From Monocercomonoides exilis PA203 (taxonomy: Eukaryota; Protista; Preaxostyla), in contig LSRY02000003.1 of assembly GCA_001643675.2 (NCBI GenBank), forward strand, positions 2,294,001 to 2,358,000: a DNA stretch of 64,000 nt. Reading direction: 5' to 3'. The notes below the pieces were generated by a model. It was not told the origin of the DNA, searched no databases, and saw nothing but the letters and a program-made list of their open reading frames with translations. How positions within the stretch are numbered: position 1 is the stretch's first letter; each line of letters begins with the position of its first letter. Both the position numbers and the translations under genes were made by a program. Below are positions 1-13,364 of this stretch, piece after piece.

Positions 1-1095
1 TGTATTCAGCGTTTTCAGCTTGTCCATTATTATACACTCTTTTTGTTGGAGTTGTTGAACCACAATTCTCGAATGGAGATTGAGTAATGGAATTACCACT
101 GAAAAACACATCGTTTCCTCTGCCATTTGTTGCGGTGTTGCCATCAAAGAAACAGAAAGTGATGAATTTTCCTCCATTCATCCAGTTATATGTTGCATAA
201 CAGTAAATGGCAGCGCCTCCATAATTAGTAGAGGCAGTCAATTCGTTGTTAATAAATTGACAATCATTGATCAAAAATTGACTAGGTTTGTTACTTGGAG
301 GATAACGAAATGTTAAAGAGCCAGCAGAATCACCGCCAGAATTTGCGATGCATTTGCAGTTTGAAAACAGGAATTGACCATTTGATGGCATGTCATTAAG
401 CAAGAAGTACCAGCCAGTTCCACACCAACTTGTTATTGAACAACTTACCACTCTATTTTCTGAAAATGTCCAAACAGAACTGGATTGTGGCCAGCCGACA
501 TGAGCAGCTCCTCCATGAGCAGCTGAGCAACCCGTGAAGTTTGATTTTGAAATGTCAATTTTCAACAAATATACACAGTATAATGCTCCACTATGATCAT
601 CAGATGAGCAATTGTCGAATGAACAAAAAGTGATTGTGAGATTTGCATTCGTGCAGTTGACATGAAGTGCACCTCCACGACTGCTTCCACTGCTTGAATT
701 TTCCCATTCGCACCATTCAAATTTGTGGCTGTTCTCATCAAAATCAAACAATCTTCCAAGTGATTTTCTTTGAGATTCATTTCCCACGTGCACGACAGCA
801 GCATTTGTCGAAGAGCGTGTTTGGTGAAGAAAAGAGGCATTGAAGGCAGAGAGAGAAGTGGATGGGTTGTTGAGGTTGGGGAGGATGACTCCATCGATGG
901 AGTTGTGAGTGTGTTTGAAGAGGGATGAGTGGATGGAGAGGGATGAGTGAAGGGAGAAGGAGGGGATAGTATTGGTATTGGAGTTTGTGGAAGAAGAAGT
1001 GGTTGAGGTTGTTGAGGAGGCAGAAACGGATGAGGTAAGTGAGTGAGAGGGAAGAGATTGTTGAAATGGATGGGATTCGGACGAGGAGATGATTG
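1..1095 (-). pseudogene. Beta-helix (Pmp-like GGA/FxxN) surface protein family, copy 1; 5'-truncated, runs off the window start
   Basis: Manual translation of the minus strand gives IDGVILPNLNNPSTSLSAFNASFLHQTRSS...EWCEWENSSSGSSRGGALHVNC...SLTFRYPP...RVYNNGQAENAEY, homologous to the other copies. No signal-peptide region upstream. Confidence 0.8.
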
Positions 1096-3416
1096 AAAAG
1101 AGAGTATAGGAAGAGTGAAAAGAGAAATTTTAAAAATTCTTTTGTGTATGTTTGTGTTAAAGAAAATGAAATTGCTCAAATTGTTTCATTTTTCCTTCAA
1201 ATTATTCTTTTTGATGAAAAGAAATTGCCTTGTGTTATCTGCAATGAAAATGAAAATTAAAAAATTATAGAAATGAATTTTTGAATCAATAATTAAAATT
1301 TCATTTTGTTTCATTTTCGCGTTTTCATTAAAAAAACGAAAAGATCACATTTTCAAAAGATATTTATTTCTGAGAAAACTGAAAACACAAAATTCAACAA
1401 GAAATCGAAAAATATTCCAATAATTATAAATATTTGTTATCTGGCTTAAACTCAGCAGAAATTAGTGTTTATTAACTTTTTTTATCCCCACTTATTTGTG
1501 AATAAATAACTTAAGAAGAATATGAGGGTGAAAGTGAATTTAGGGATGGCTTTTTTGATTAATTATGAAAAATCATTTCATTATTAACATTTGGCGTGAA
1601 TATTTCCACTGTTTATAATTTTGAAAAATTATCTTTGAAATTCAAAAGAACACTTCATCTGTAATATTTATCGTTATTTGATACTGTATTTGCATTGACC
1701 AATCAAGGATGATGCATTTTTTAATGAAAAAAAGATTATATTGTCAATTTTTCATTAAAACTTTTTTTTTGTTTAAATTTCAAAAAAACAAAAATCAATT
1801 TTTCAACAAATTTCTGTTCCCACTCACATTTCTTTTCTTAAAAGGAAATAATTACATTGCTTCGGTTCTGTTTCCATTTTGGTGAAGTTTTATTAGTTGG
1901 AACAAAAATTTGATTAAAAAATGATATTTTTATTTTATTTGATAATTAAACAAAAGGAAGTTTTCAAAAAAAAAATTAGCCATAAAGTACTAGCAAACAA
2001 AAAAAAGAAAATCAAATGAAATGAATGATTTTGTTTTTTTGGTATTGCATGAAAAGAAAGGAAATGGAAAAGCTTAGCAAATATTTCAAAAATGTGTCTG
2101 GTTTTATTTGTTTGAAAATAATAAAAAAATAGATATTTTTTCCTATTATTCATAGTTTCATTGACATGAGTCCTTTCCATTGAGAGGGAAAACTTTATTT
2201 TTTGTTGATATCACAAATATCATCTCTTTCAATTTTCCAAAAGAAAAATAAAATGAAATTTTCTTCTTTCTTTTCTTAAAAAAAAAGAAAAGCAATAATA
2301 TTGAAGTGGAATGCCATTCTTTGTTAATTTTTTCAACTTTTTGTTTAAAATTTGTCACTTCAAACATTCACATTTCCAGAATCTATATGTGAAAAACAAC
2401 TGAAGGATAACACTGAAAAATTGTTGATTGTAATGATTTCAAAGATAATCACCCAATATTGAACTATTGTTGTCAACAACAAACAAACTTGATAGCGGAG
2501 AATATCACATTTCTCATTCAAAATGTGAAAAAGACTTTGGCCTTCACAATGGATCATTTGAAGAACACACAAAAAATTTTTTCATCAAAAAGCTTCTAAC
2601 AAGAACAATTATTGTGATAACGGATATTTGAACCTGTGATCATTTTCGATGAAAAGATGGTTCACAAAAGGTGATGATAAATATTAATTGAATATTCATG
2701 AAATGATGACTGAAATGTTTATAATTATTTTTCATTTTTTTATTCAGTTGAAAAGAATAACGAGGTGGAAATATCTTTGAATAAACTCACATTTCAACAA
2801 AAGCATCACTTGATTGTTTCAACAGAAAATTGAGAATCCATTATTTTTGAGAATCCTTTGTTCTTGGTTTTTCTGAAAAATGGATCCAATGATACAGAAT
2901 CGAAAAGTGAATAAACGAAGAAATTATCAAAATCAGTGAAGTTCTCCAATCCCAAAAATTTTCATTCAAATTTACATATTTTCAGTCAACAACAATGATT
3001 TTTTTAAAGGAAATAATTTTGAATATCAAGTTATTGTCGAACTTGACTATTGATTCGTTTTTAAATCAAAAATAAAAAATTGTTTTTAAAAATCAATTTT
3101 TCATTTTCTGGTTGCAAAATAGTAATTATTATTAAGGCATCTGAAGAACAAAACAAAAGAAGAACATTCTCAATAAAATATGTATTTTCGATTTACCAAA
3201 AGATCATTCAGAAAACAATACAAAAGGTATTTTGATGAGTGGGTTAAAAATAAAATTATGATTTTTCAATTCTTTGTTAGAATAGAAAGGATATCAATTC
3301 TGAAAAAATTCTTCAAAAAGAGAAACAAAAAGAAATTCATATTTGGAATCATAGAAATTTCATCGAAAATTGTTTGTGATAAAATAATTGAAAATCTCAA
3401 CACTATATGCAAATAA

Positions 3417-4420
3417 ATGCTGAAAATATTCATCTTGAACACTTTTCATATTTTGAAGCAAATTCTCGATTTAATTCAATGGCAAAATTCATTCTCTTTC
3501 TTTCCATTCACTCCTCTCTCTTTCTTCCCTTCCCTCAATAGCCCATCCACTTCTCTCTCTGCCTTCAATGTCTCTTTCCTCCATCAAACTCGATCTTTAC
3601 CAAATGATCCTGTGAAATATAACGGATCTGAATCTCAACAAGAGAAATTAAGCAGATTGTCCTTCACTGCTTTGAATAGCTATATCTTTGAGTGGTGCGA
3701 ATGGAATAATTCAAATGGTGGTTCTTCATCTGGTGGTGCACTTTATGTGGTTTGCACAAATGCAAATCTCACAATCACTTCTTGTTCATTCAATAATTGT
3801 TCAAATACAAATCACGGTGGAGCGTTATACAGTTACAGTTTACAGAATGTGAACATCGCTAAATCCAATTTTTCAAACTGTTCGGCATTACATGGAGGCG
3901 CAATTTGTATTGATGGTCAAAAATCATCTTCTGTTTATTCATTCTCAGATAATAGAGTTGAAGGGTGTAAAATAACGGGCATTTATGGAACTGGTTGGTA
4001 TTTCTGGATCTATAACATGACCTCAGCAAGTCAATTCCTGCTCACCAAATGCAAGTGCATTTCAAATTCTGGTGGTGATTCTGCTGGTTCTCTCACATTC
4101 AATTCTCCTCCAACCAATAAGCCAAATCAATTTTTAATTAATGATTGTCAGTTCTTAAACAATAAATTGACATCAACTTCAACTTCCTATGGTGGTGCTG
4201 CGCTGTGCTGCACAAAAACATCAAATTGGATGAGCGGGTTCAAATTCATCGCATTCTGTTTCTTCGATGGCAACACTGCAACTAATGGCAGAGGGAATGA
4301 TGTGTTTTTCAGTGGAAGCAGCATCACCCAATCTCCATTCCAGCAATGCGGTTCAACAACTCCAACACTATGAGTGTGGAATAAAAATACAGCTGATAAC
4401 TCTGAATAAAACAGCTGGCT
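3417..4420 (+). pseudogene. Beta-helix surface protein family, copy 2 (ORF 3417-4373, premature stops)
   Basis: Core EWCEW...GGAL...FCFFDGNTATNGRGNDVFFSG present. TGA at 4371 replaces the conserved Arg of RVWN, and a TAA replaces Tyr in the ADNxEY tail. Confidence 0.8.
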
Positions 4421-5142
4421 TCCTCATCTTTTCTCTCATAATTCTTCCAATTAAATGCTTTTCCCGCTTTCTCCATTTTTCCAAGCATTTTTGCTTTCTT
4501 TATTTTCTTCCTTCATCATGCTTCAAATTTTCTATCTTTTTTTTCAAAACTTTTGATTTTTCCTGCATTTAGTCACTTGTCCCTGCTTGTTGTTTCGCTT
4601 CTCGAACACTTTCCTCTGTTTATTCAATTATTCTTCTTCTCAAATCCAACTTCCAACTCAAACTTTGAATTCAATCTTCTTCTTCCTTTCATTCAAAAAA
4701 TATCTTCAATCCTCTCAATCTCATTTCCATTTAGCATGCACCCTAAATCAAGAATTTCTTTTCCTATCCTCTTCCAATTTTCATTTGAAATTTTCTCCTT
4801 CATCAATGTATTTGCTTGTTTCCATTTCTTTTTTCTCTTTATTTCTAATGCTGACACAATTGATGGAGAATTCAAAATGGATGAAGTGGATTTTGAGGAA
4901 ACTGTTGTGCGACATGTTGTTGGAGTTTTGCAAGAAGAAGACGAAGACGACGAAGACGAAGACGACGAAGACGACGAAGACGAAGACGACGAAGACGAAG
5001 ACGAGGATGATGAATGAATAGTACAAGCTGATTGATGGTCGAGATTTGCGAAAATGAATGATAACAAATTGAACAGAGAGTTTCGCTGAAATCGTTATTT
5101 CTTGTTTTTCAACTTTGTTTCCGCGTTCTTCTGACAAGAAGA

Positions 5143-6355
5143 ATCCTCCAACTCATCCCTCTCTATCCACTCATCCCTCTTCCTCCACACCCACAATCCC
5201 ATCGATGGAGTCATCCTCCCCAACCTCAACAACCCATTCACTTCTCTCTCTGCATTCAATGCTTCTTTTCTCCACCAAACACGTTCTTCCTCTAATGATG
5301 TTGTAAGATATAACGGATCCGAAACTCAAAAAAAGGAATTAAGTCGATTGCCCTTTACTGATTTGAATAGCTATCTCTTTGAATGGTGTGAATGGAATAA
5401 TTCAAAAAGCGAAAGTGATTGGGGTGGAGCACTTTCTGTTGTTTGCGCAAACGCAAATCTCGCTATCACTTCTTGCTCATTCAATAAATGTACATCAAGC
5501 AATGGTGAAGGAGGAGCAATATTCTGTCAATATTTATTACAAATCAGCATCACAAAATCGAATTTCACAAATTGCCAGGCGAGACATGGAGGAGCTGCGA
5601 GATTAGATAATCCACAATCATCTTCTGTTTGGACATTCTCAGAAAACAAAGTGGAAAGTTGTTCAATAACAAGTTGGTGTGGAACTGGTTGGTACTTTTC
5701 CCTCTATTACATGCCCTCAGATGCTCAATTCCTGTTTTCCAAATGCAAGTGCATTTCAAATTCCGGTGGAAATTCAGCTGGTTCTTTAACATTCAATAAT
5801 CCTCCACAAAATAAACCAAGTCAATTTTCAATCGTTGAGTGCCAGTTCATAAACAACAAATTGACAAGTGCATCATCTACACGCGGAGGAGCTGCGCTGT
5901 GTTGCACAGCAACTTATTCCTGGATGAATAGTATAAAATTCATCACATTCTGCTTTTTCGATGGCAACACTGCCAAAAATGGCAGGGGAAATGATGTGTT
6001 CTTCAGTGGAAGCAGCATCACTCAATCTCCATTTGAGAATTGTGGTTCAACAACTCCAACACAAAGAGTCTGGAACAACAATACAGCAGACAATGAAACT
6101 TTCAATGGCTGGCTCCCCCTCGTTGCCCAGAACAAAATCGTTGCCAGCAATGGAACTGATGCTGATGCCTGTGGCAGACCCCAACAGACCCCATGTGCCA
6201 CCATCGAGTATGCCCTCACTGGCTTCATTTCCCTCCTCCACGACGCCTCTCTCACCCTCCTCACCTCAACATTTGTTCCTCTTCAAACACTCACTTTCAG
6301 CGCAGTTGACACAAAAATCATTGATAACAATGAACTTTATCAGATTCTCATATAA
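5143..6355 (+). pseudogene. Beta-helix surface protein family, copy 3 (5'-truncated, open frame, no ATG/leader)
   Basis: Frame is open from HTHNPIDG (~5186) through the core and the DACGRPQQTPCATIEYAL domain, then truncated at DTKIIDN. Confidence 0.8.
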
Positions 6356-7659
6356 ATTCTTCCATTTATTAATTTTGAGCATTTTTTCATTTCAGAGAAA
6401 TATCCTACACCTATCATCTTCTTTTCACCAGAAGTTTATTTTTTTCAATCTATCTTTAATCTCCGCTCAGACAAAAATATTTCTTCGAAATTTCTTCATC
6501 AAATTTCTCCTTTTCATCAAATATGAATTGAGCTCAAGAAAAAAGATTCATCGCTTTCATCTCTTCAAATAGGATTTCTTCAGGCATATCAACATGCTCT
6601 TCTAAATTTTCCTTTCCTTTTCATTTTCAACAATTTGCTCCAGTTTCGTAGATGTGTAATCTGCAGAAGGCTATTTAGGAACACATCCATTTCATAAATG
6701 AATTGCTTCAATGCCCATTCCTTTTCATTTCAGATGCTTGATCTTCAAAATCAAAAAAGTCAGATTCAATCTCCGTTTTCTGTTGAATGCCTGATGATCA
6801 GCTTTTCTTGGTTAAACATTGTGCAATTTCCTTTGTAAAATAACATTAGCTGATATTTTGAGAGAGAATAAATATACATTTTGTGCTTCAGAAAAGATAT
6901 TAAAAGATGAGGTCTGGCCCTGAATTCGAGGGGAGTTGAATGAATTCGAATAAACATTATTTTTGTTGATCATCAAAGAAATCGAAGAAGAAGTTGATTT
7001 GAATGAAATAAATGAATTTTTCCAAATTGCCTTTTTTCATCACGAGAATCGTGATTGAAAAATGCAAAGAAAGCTCCTTTATTGATTGACTGAAGAGACA
7101 AAGGAAAGGAAATGAAGCAATTTTCCGTTCAATTTTGCGGAGCTGTTGAATTGAATGGAATAAATGCGTTTGAAGTTCGGTTCTCTGATCCAGTAAAAAG
7201 TGTAAAAAAAAATTTGAAGAAGAAGAAGATGATGAAGAAGGTGAAGAAGAAGAAGAAGATGATGATGATGATGAAGGTGAAGAAGGTGAAGAAGAAGAAG
7301 GTGAAGAAGAAAAAGAAGGTGAAGAAAAAGAAGGTGAAGAAGAAGAAGGTGAAGAAGAAGAAAAAGAAGAAGGAGAAGGTGAAGAAGAAGAAGGTGAAGA
7401 AGAAGAAGAAGAAGAAGAAGAAGGTGGAGCAATTGAGAATTGTGAAACGAATTTAATCCTTTTAATAAAGATGTTGATGATTACTTGAGGAATGTCGATT
7501 GATAAAAACAAATCATTCGATGAGTTGATTTCAGATGAAATATACAATCTTCATCACAAAATATGTGAAAGGGAAAGAGATGCAAACAGATAAAGAAGGA
7601 AGTCCACAAATCGTTGACTGACTTTGTGTGGTTGAACTGTTTTTCCCTCAGAAAAAGAA

Positions 7660-9360
7660 AATTATGCTTGTCCAATGATGTCAACAATTCAAATGAACTT
7701 CATGGATGATGAGGATATTGGCAGAGAAGAATTCAAAATCGAAGAAGGCGTTGTCGATTGATGAAGTTGACTTCAATTGCAAAAATTTCAAACGAAATAA
7801 GAAGAAAATGACGAATTTTATGATTATGTGATTGATGTGTCGATTCTGGCAATGAGCATCTTTTATTGAAGTGAGACTGTTGAGAATGATAGCGAAGGTG
7901 AAGAAGAAGGTGAAGAAAAATAGAAGATGTCAGCTTTTCCAAGTCACGTTGGGCGATAGAAAAAACTGAATGTGTTCTGAATGTGAATGCCCAGTCAGCT
8001 CATGTGCTCTGACAAAAGAGTCGCTTCTGCCAAACACTCTCAAAATAAGCCAAACAAACTGCTTTTCTCTTTCTTGCAAACTCATGTTAAGCATTGTCAG
8101 GCTTTGCCTCATACAAAACGGATGGCAAAAGTCACGAATATCATCATTGAATGCAATCCAAACAGGGATAATCCCAAAACTTATGGTTCTTTCGCGAAAT
8201 GAAAAGAAGGCTTTTCTTTCTATGGCATTCCTGTTCATGACCAATCTGTATTCATTCAAAGAACACCTTTAAAGAAAAATGAATGAAATAAAAAAATCAA
8301 ACCATTTTTTTGGCCTCGAAATATTTTCCCTTCTCCAATGGATTGGTTATTATCAGCCAAGCAGTCTTTCTTGCTCTCCAAAATTGCCTCTTGCCACATA
8401 AAAAAACAGACTGCTGAACAATAAATGGCTGATGAAGAACATCATCGAAAGCAGAAAATCCTTTATGAAACCGATAATGAAGACAGGTGAAAATTAATAT
8501 TCTCCAAATGATAAAGTAATGAACTCCTTTTCAAAGACTTATTCAACGCCATATCTTTGTTGATAGTTTTCCAACGTGTTTCGCGTAAATGGCAATGCGT
8601 TTGTTGTTAAGGCCTGCTGAGTGCTTCGTTCAACTCGCTTCCTCCATTGTTCAATCCCCAAATTCCCTTTCCTTTTCCACAAAGAAAATCTTCCTCCCAA
8701 AAACCATATAAAGCAAGTCCTGAGCAAAAGATATGCCAAGTGCAACGCATTTCCCTCGAAATGAACAAGCTGTTCAATTCGATCTTTCTGAAATTGTAGT
8801 AGCTTTTTCTGCAACTTGCTTGAGTTATTTTTCATTAAAAATATCACAGCCGATGTTGCACCATATGTTTTGCAATATACTGCCAAGTTCAAATCTCATA
8901 CAATTTTACCCACTAATTCACTTTTCGCAAACAATATTGGAAAACAGCCACTCACTCCTCCATCTGTTAACAAAATCCCTGTTCTTCTGCGGTGCCATAA
9001 CTTGCATTGGCACATCTGTAGCCGTTGGACTAAGCAGCTCAAACATGCTCTGGCCGCAGCAAATCATCAATCAAAAATCTTCACTTATATTATTATAGGT
9101 TGGACACCCTTATTAATAAACCAAACAATAAATGAATGTTTTGCTGCCCTTCGTCTTGCCTGTCTTGAGGCAAAAGAATGAAAATGATGCAGAGGAATAA
9201 GTTAATGATTGTGCATCTTCAGGTATTTTAATCGATATTTGTGACTCTTTTGAAGCAGATGTTCCTCCAACATTCAGAAATGGAATCAATATGTTGCTTC
9301 ACCTTGATTTTTTCGAATGCACAGGACCAGCAGCAAATGTTTTATGGTGTGCACAGGGCA
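7660..9360 (+). pseudogene. Degenerate ARM-repeat-like gene fragment
   Basis: Higher-GC island with broken ORFs. AIQTGIIPKLMVLSRNEKKAFLSMAFLFMTNL resembles an armadillo repeat. Many stops and frameshifts. Confidence 0.3.
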
Positions 9361-11766
9361 TGACTGAATCACTATTCAAGCGATTTTATCTGTTCTTTTT
9401 TTATTATTTTAGAAAAAAGAAATTATTTATTGACTTTTGAAAGGGGCTTGGGCGATTGAACAATTTGAGGAATGCTGTGCAAAAAGGGGAAAGCGAAGAA
9501 AATGGATGGAATAATGGAAGACGTGAGATTTGAAGAGACTGGCGCTATTTGTGGAGTGGGTTGTTGAAAGGAAAATGGAGAAAATGGCGGATGAAAAGGG
9601 ATTAGGATTGAGGTTGGGATTTTGGCGTTGGAGTATCGGGAGATGCTTTGAAGAGCCAAAGGCCTTGAAGGATGATGACTTTTTATTTTCGTTCTTCATT
9701 GAGGAAAAGATGCAAGAAAAAGATTTTTGATGAAAAGAAGAAGAACGAATAAGAAAAGGATGAAAGACTTCTGGGGGAATGTTTGCAATAGAACGTAATT
9801 CTGGGTGGAGGCCTTTCAGTGGAATTGGAGTTGATTTGTGTGGCTTGCCTGCTGAAAGGTGTGTTGGAGAAAGAAGGAAAGGGAGGAGACTCAAAAAGAA
9901 GTTGAAATGAGTTTGCTTGGCTTGAGTCATTTTCACACAGCGTTCAAGTGTGTCTTATTTTTTTTTTTTCAATTTTTTATTTTTTTTTTTGAAATGTATT
10001 TATTTTGAATAGGAGACAGACAACGAGTGATGTTTGAAGGAAGAAACAGGAATTATCATGTGCAATCAGAAGCAGCACAATTTGAGGGGACTTGCGAATG
10101 GATGAGTTTTGGAGAAATTGATGAAGAGATTGATGAAGTGCAGAGAGATGGGGAATGTGAGTGTGAATGGGCTGGGTTTTGGGAGAGAAGATTCAAAAGA
10201 AGTAGGAGATGTGGGAAAGGATGTGGATTGGAAGAGAAAATATGATGAGAGGATGAGAGAAGGGAGAGAATGATTGAACTCTGATGGGTGTGATTGTAAG
10301 AAGATGAAGAAGAGGAATTTGAAGAAATCAACATTTTCAGTTTCTGAGGGGAAAGAGGAGGCGACCACTCAAGAACAGTCAATGAACATTGGACATCCAA
10401 TTCAATTGGTATGCATCAATCTGCTTGTTGAATTTTTTGTGATCATGTTTTTTTTCCAATATGAAGTTCATTTATCAAATTCAATATTTTATCTCAATGA
10501 CAACATCACATGAACCCTTTTCATCTTCTTCTTCAGAAATATCATTCGATTGATTGCACATTTCTATTTCACCACATATATTCACATTTTTCAACTTTTA
10601 TGTCATCTTTTCCTCTTCCTCTTCTTCATCTTCTTCACACGAATTCCAAAATAAGCCAATGAGAACATTCACATTCGGAGAAATGCAATCTGAAAGCTTC
10701 TATTTCTCCGACAGACATATTCTGCACACAACACTCCTTCTCCTATACATTCTCCTCCTTCTCCTCCACCACCACTTCCTCCTCCTTCGTCTTCTTTTTC
10801 CTCGACTTCTTCGTTAATGTCTTTTTCGTCTTCTTCTTCGCCTTCTTCGTTTATTTCTTCTTCGTCTTCTTCTTCTCTGATGCTTTCTCTCACTTTGTAT
10901 CGGACGATCTCATATCAAGTTTATTTATACAGCTCGACGAGCTGCACCACAAAACAGAATCAAAAATTGCTTCATTTCGTTTCCTTCTACTCAGCAGATC
11001 AATCGTCAAATGATTCTTCATTTCATTTTTCATTCAAGATTCTCGTGATGAAAAGCCATTTGTTCAAATTCGTTTCGTTTCGTTTCTTCTTCTTCTTCTT
11101 CAACGTCTTTTTCAACGAGCAATAAAAATTGAGATATTATTTTTGTTTCAATAAACAATCCTCGAATTCAGCTCCAGGCCTCATCATCGATATCAATTTG
11201 GAAACACAAAAGCTGAAATTATATGGCAACGGAAACGATTCTATTTTTAGCCGAGAAAAGCCGATCAGAAGGCATTCAATCGGAAAGAAAATCTATTCTG
11301 GCCTTTTCGTTTTCAGATTGAAAGAATTCACCGAAAACAGAAAGAACAAGGCAAAAGACAATATTTGGAATTAATGATTATATGGATGATCTTCGAGAGA
11401 TTGCGCTATAACATGCGCCTTCATCAAGCAATCGAAGATGAAACAAAGAGAGAAAGCGGTTGTTTTAGGAAAATCAATAATCGAAGGATAATTCTATGAA
11501 ATAAGTGCGTCTGCAGCGAACACAAAAGGAGAAATGGGAATAATAAAAGAAATTGAAAGTTTGGAAGAGCTTGCTGATATTATCGAAAGATATCTTTTTG
11601 AAGAGATGAAAGAGATGATTCGTAAAAGCAACAAGCAGAATTTGCATTTGATGAAGAAGAAAAATTAGATGAAGAAATTTTGAAGAAATGTTTTCGTTTG
11701 GGCTGATTTTGGGCTCAATGAAAGAAAAGTGATGATATATACTTCAGTAGAAAATACGATGAAATC

Positions 11767-13040
11767 TCATGAACATGAAGTGAAATGGAAAACGATTAAT
11801 ATTTGAAGATGAAACGATCGAGAAAAGTTTAATATTAAAAATGATGAAAATGGAATGAATAATAAAGAAATCAGAAAATGTTTATCTTTTCCAGTGATTT
11901 TTGTAATTGGAGCACGAAATGTGAGAGTGTTTGTGGGAGTGAAAATGGAGACGAGAAGAGAGAGGGAGGCATCGCTGAAGGGAGCAATGCACCCGAGAGC
12001 ATACTCCACTGTGGCACATGGGCGTTGCTGTGTTTTGCCACAGGCATCGACATCACTTCCACTGTTGGAAACGATTTTGTTCTGGTTGATGATTGGAAGC
12101 CAGCTGTTGTACACATTGCTATCAGCTGTATTGTTATTCCACACTCTTTTTGCTTGGGTTGTTGAGCCACAATTTTCAAACGGAGATTGTGTTATGGAAT
12201 TACCACTGAAAAATACATCATTTCCTCTTCCATTTGCAGCTATATTTCCATCGAAGAAACAGAAAGTGATGAATTTTATTCCATTCATCCAAGAATAAGT
12301 TGAATAGAAGAAAATGGCAGCACCTCCATAATTGACAGAGGCAGTCAGTTTATTATTTATAAACTGACACTCAACGATTGAAAATTGATTTGGTTTGTTT
12401 TGTGGAGGCCAACGAAATGTGAGTGAGCCGGTTGAATCTTTACCAGAATTTGAGATGCACTTGCATTTGGTGAACATGAATTGACCGTTTGAAGAAAAAT
12501 CACCAATATAAAAATACCATCCAGTTCCGCACCAGTTTGTTATTGAACAATTTTCGACTTTGTTTTCTGAGAATGAATAAACGGAAGATGATTGTCTGCC
12601 ATCAATATCAATTGCACCTCCATGAGGAGCTGAACAGTTTGAAAAATTGGATATCGCGATATTCACGTTCTGCAAACAGTAAGTGTGTATTGCTCCACCA
12701 CCAGTATCGCCTGTGATCGAACATTTGCTGAATGAACAAGAAATTATTGAGAGATTTGCATTGGCACAAACAACATTAAGTGCTCCTCCATAATCATTTT
12801 GTCCATTTGAATTATTCCACTCACACCATTCGAAGCGATGACTGTTCACATCAAACGAAGTCAATCTTCCAGGTGATTTTCTGTGAGTTTCTGATCCGAC
12901 ATGAACAACAGGATCATTTGATGAAGATCGAGTTTGGTGGAGAAAAGAAGAGTTGAAGGCAGAGAGAGAGGTGGATGGCTTGTTGAGGTTGGGGAGGATG
13001 GCACCATCGATGGGGTTGTGAGTGTGGAGGAAGATGGTTG
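11767..13040 (-). pseudogene. Beta-helix surface protein family, copy 4 (5'-truncated, open frame)
   Basis: HTHNPIDG block at ~13030-13000, then ORF 11767-12864 core and DACGKTQQRPCATVEYALGC. Homology ends at KITG (~11890). Confidence 0.8.
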
Positions 13041-13195
13041 AATTGGAGGATTTTATTTATCAGAAGAACAAACAAAAATGAAAGAAGAGAAAATGATTTC
13101 ATCGAAAATCTTTGTTTTTATTTATATTCATTTCCGCAAATCTCAACCTTCAATCAACTCATCAGTTCATTCATTTTCATCACATCATACAGCTT

Positions 13196-13364
13196 CTTCT
13201 TCGTCTTCTTCGTCTTCTTCGTCTTCTTCGTCTTCTTCGTCTTCTTCGTCTTCTTCGTCTTCTTCGTCTTCTTCGTCTTCTTCGTCTTCTTCGTCTTCTT
13301 CGTCTTCTTCGTCTTCTTCGTCTTCTTCGTCTTCTTCGTCTTCTTCGTCTTCTTCGTCTTCTTC
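13196..13364. repeat. (TCTTCTTCG)n tandem repeat within the acidic spacer module
   Basis: Perfect 9-mer array. Related expansions occur at 4935-5013, 55420-55530 and 57422-57580. Confidence 0.9.

Noticed and set aside
7930-8892. Minus-strand ORFs as retrotransposon RT/RNase H
   Set aside because: No YxDD or other RT motifs. The plus-strand ARM-like reading fits slightly better.
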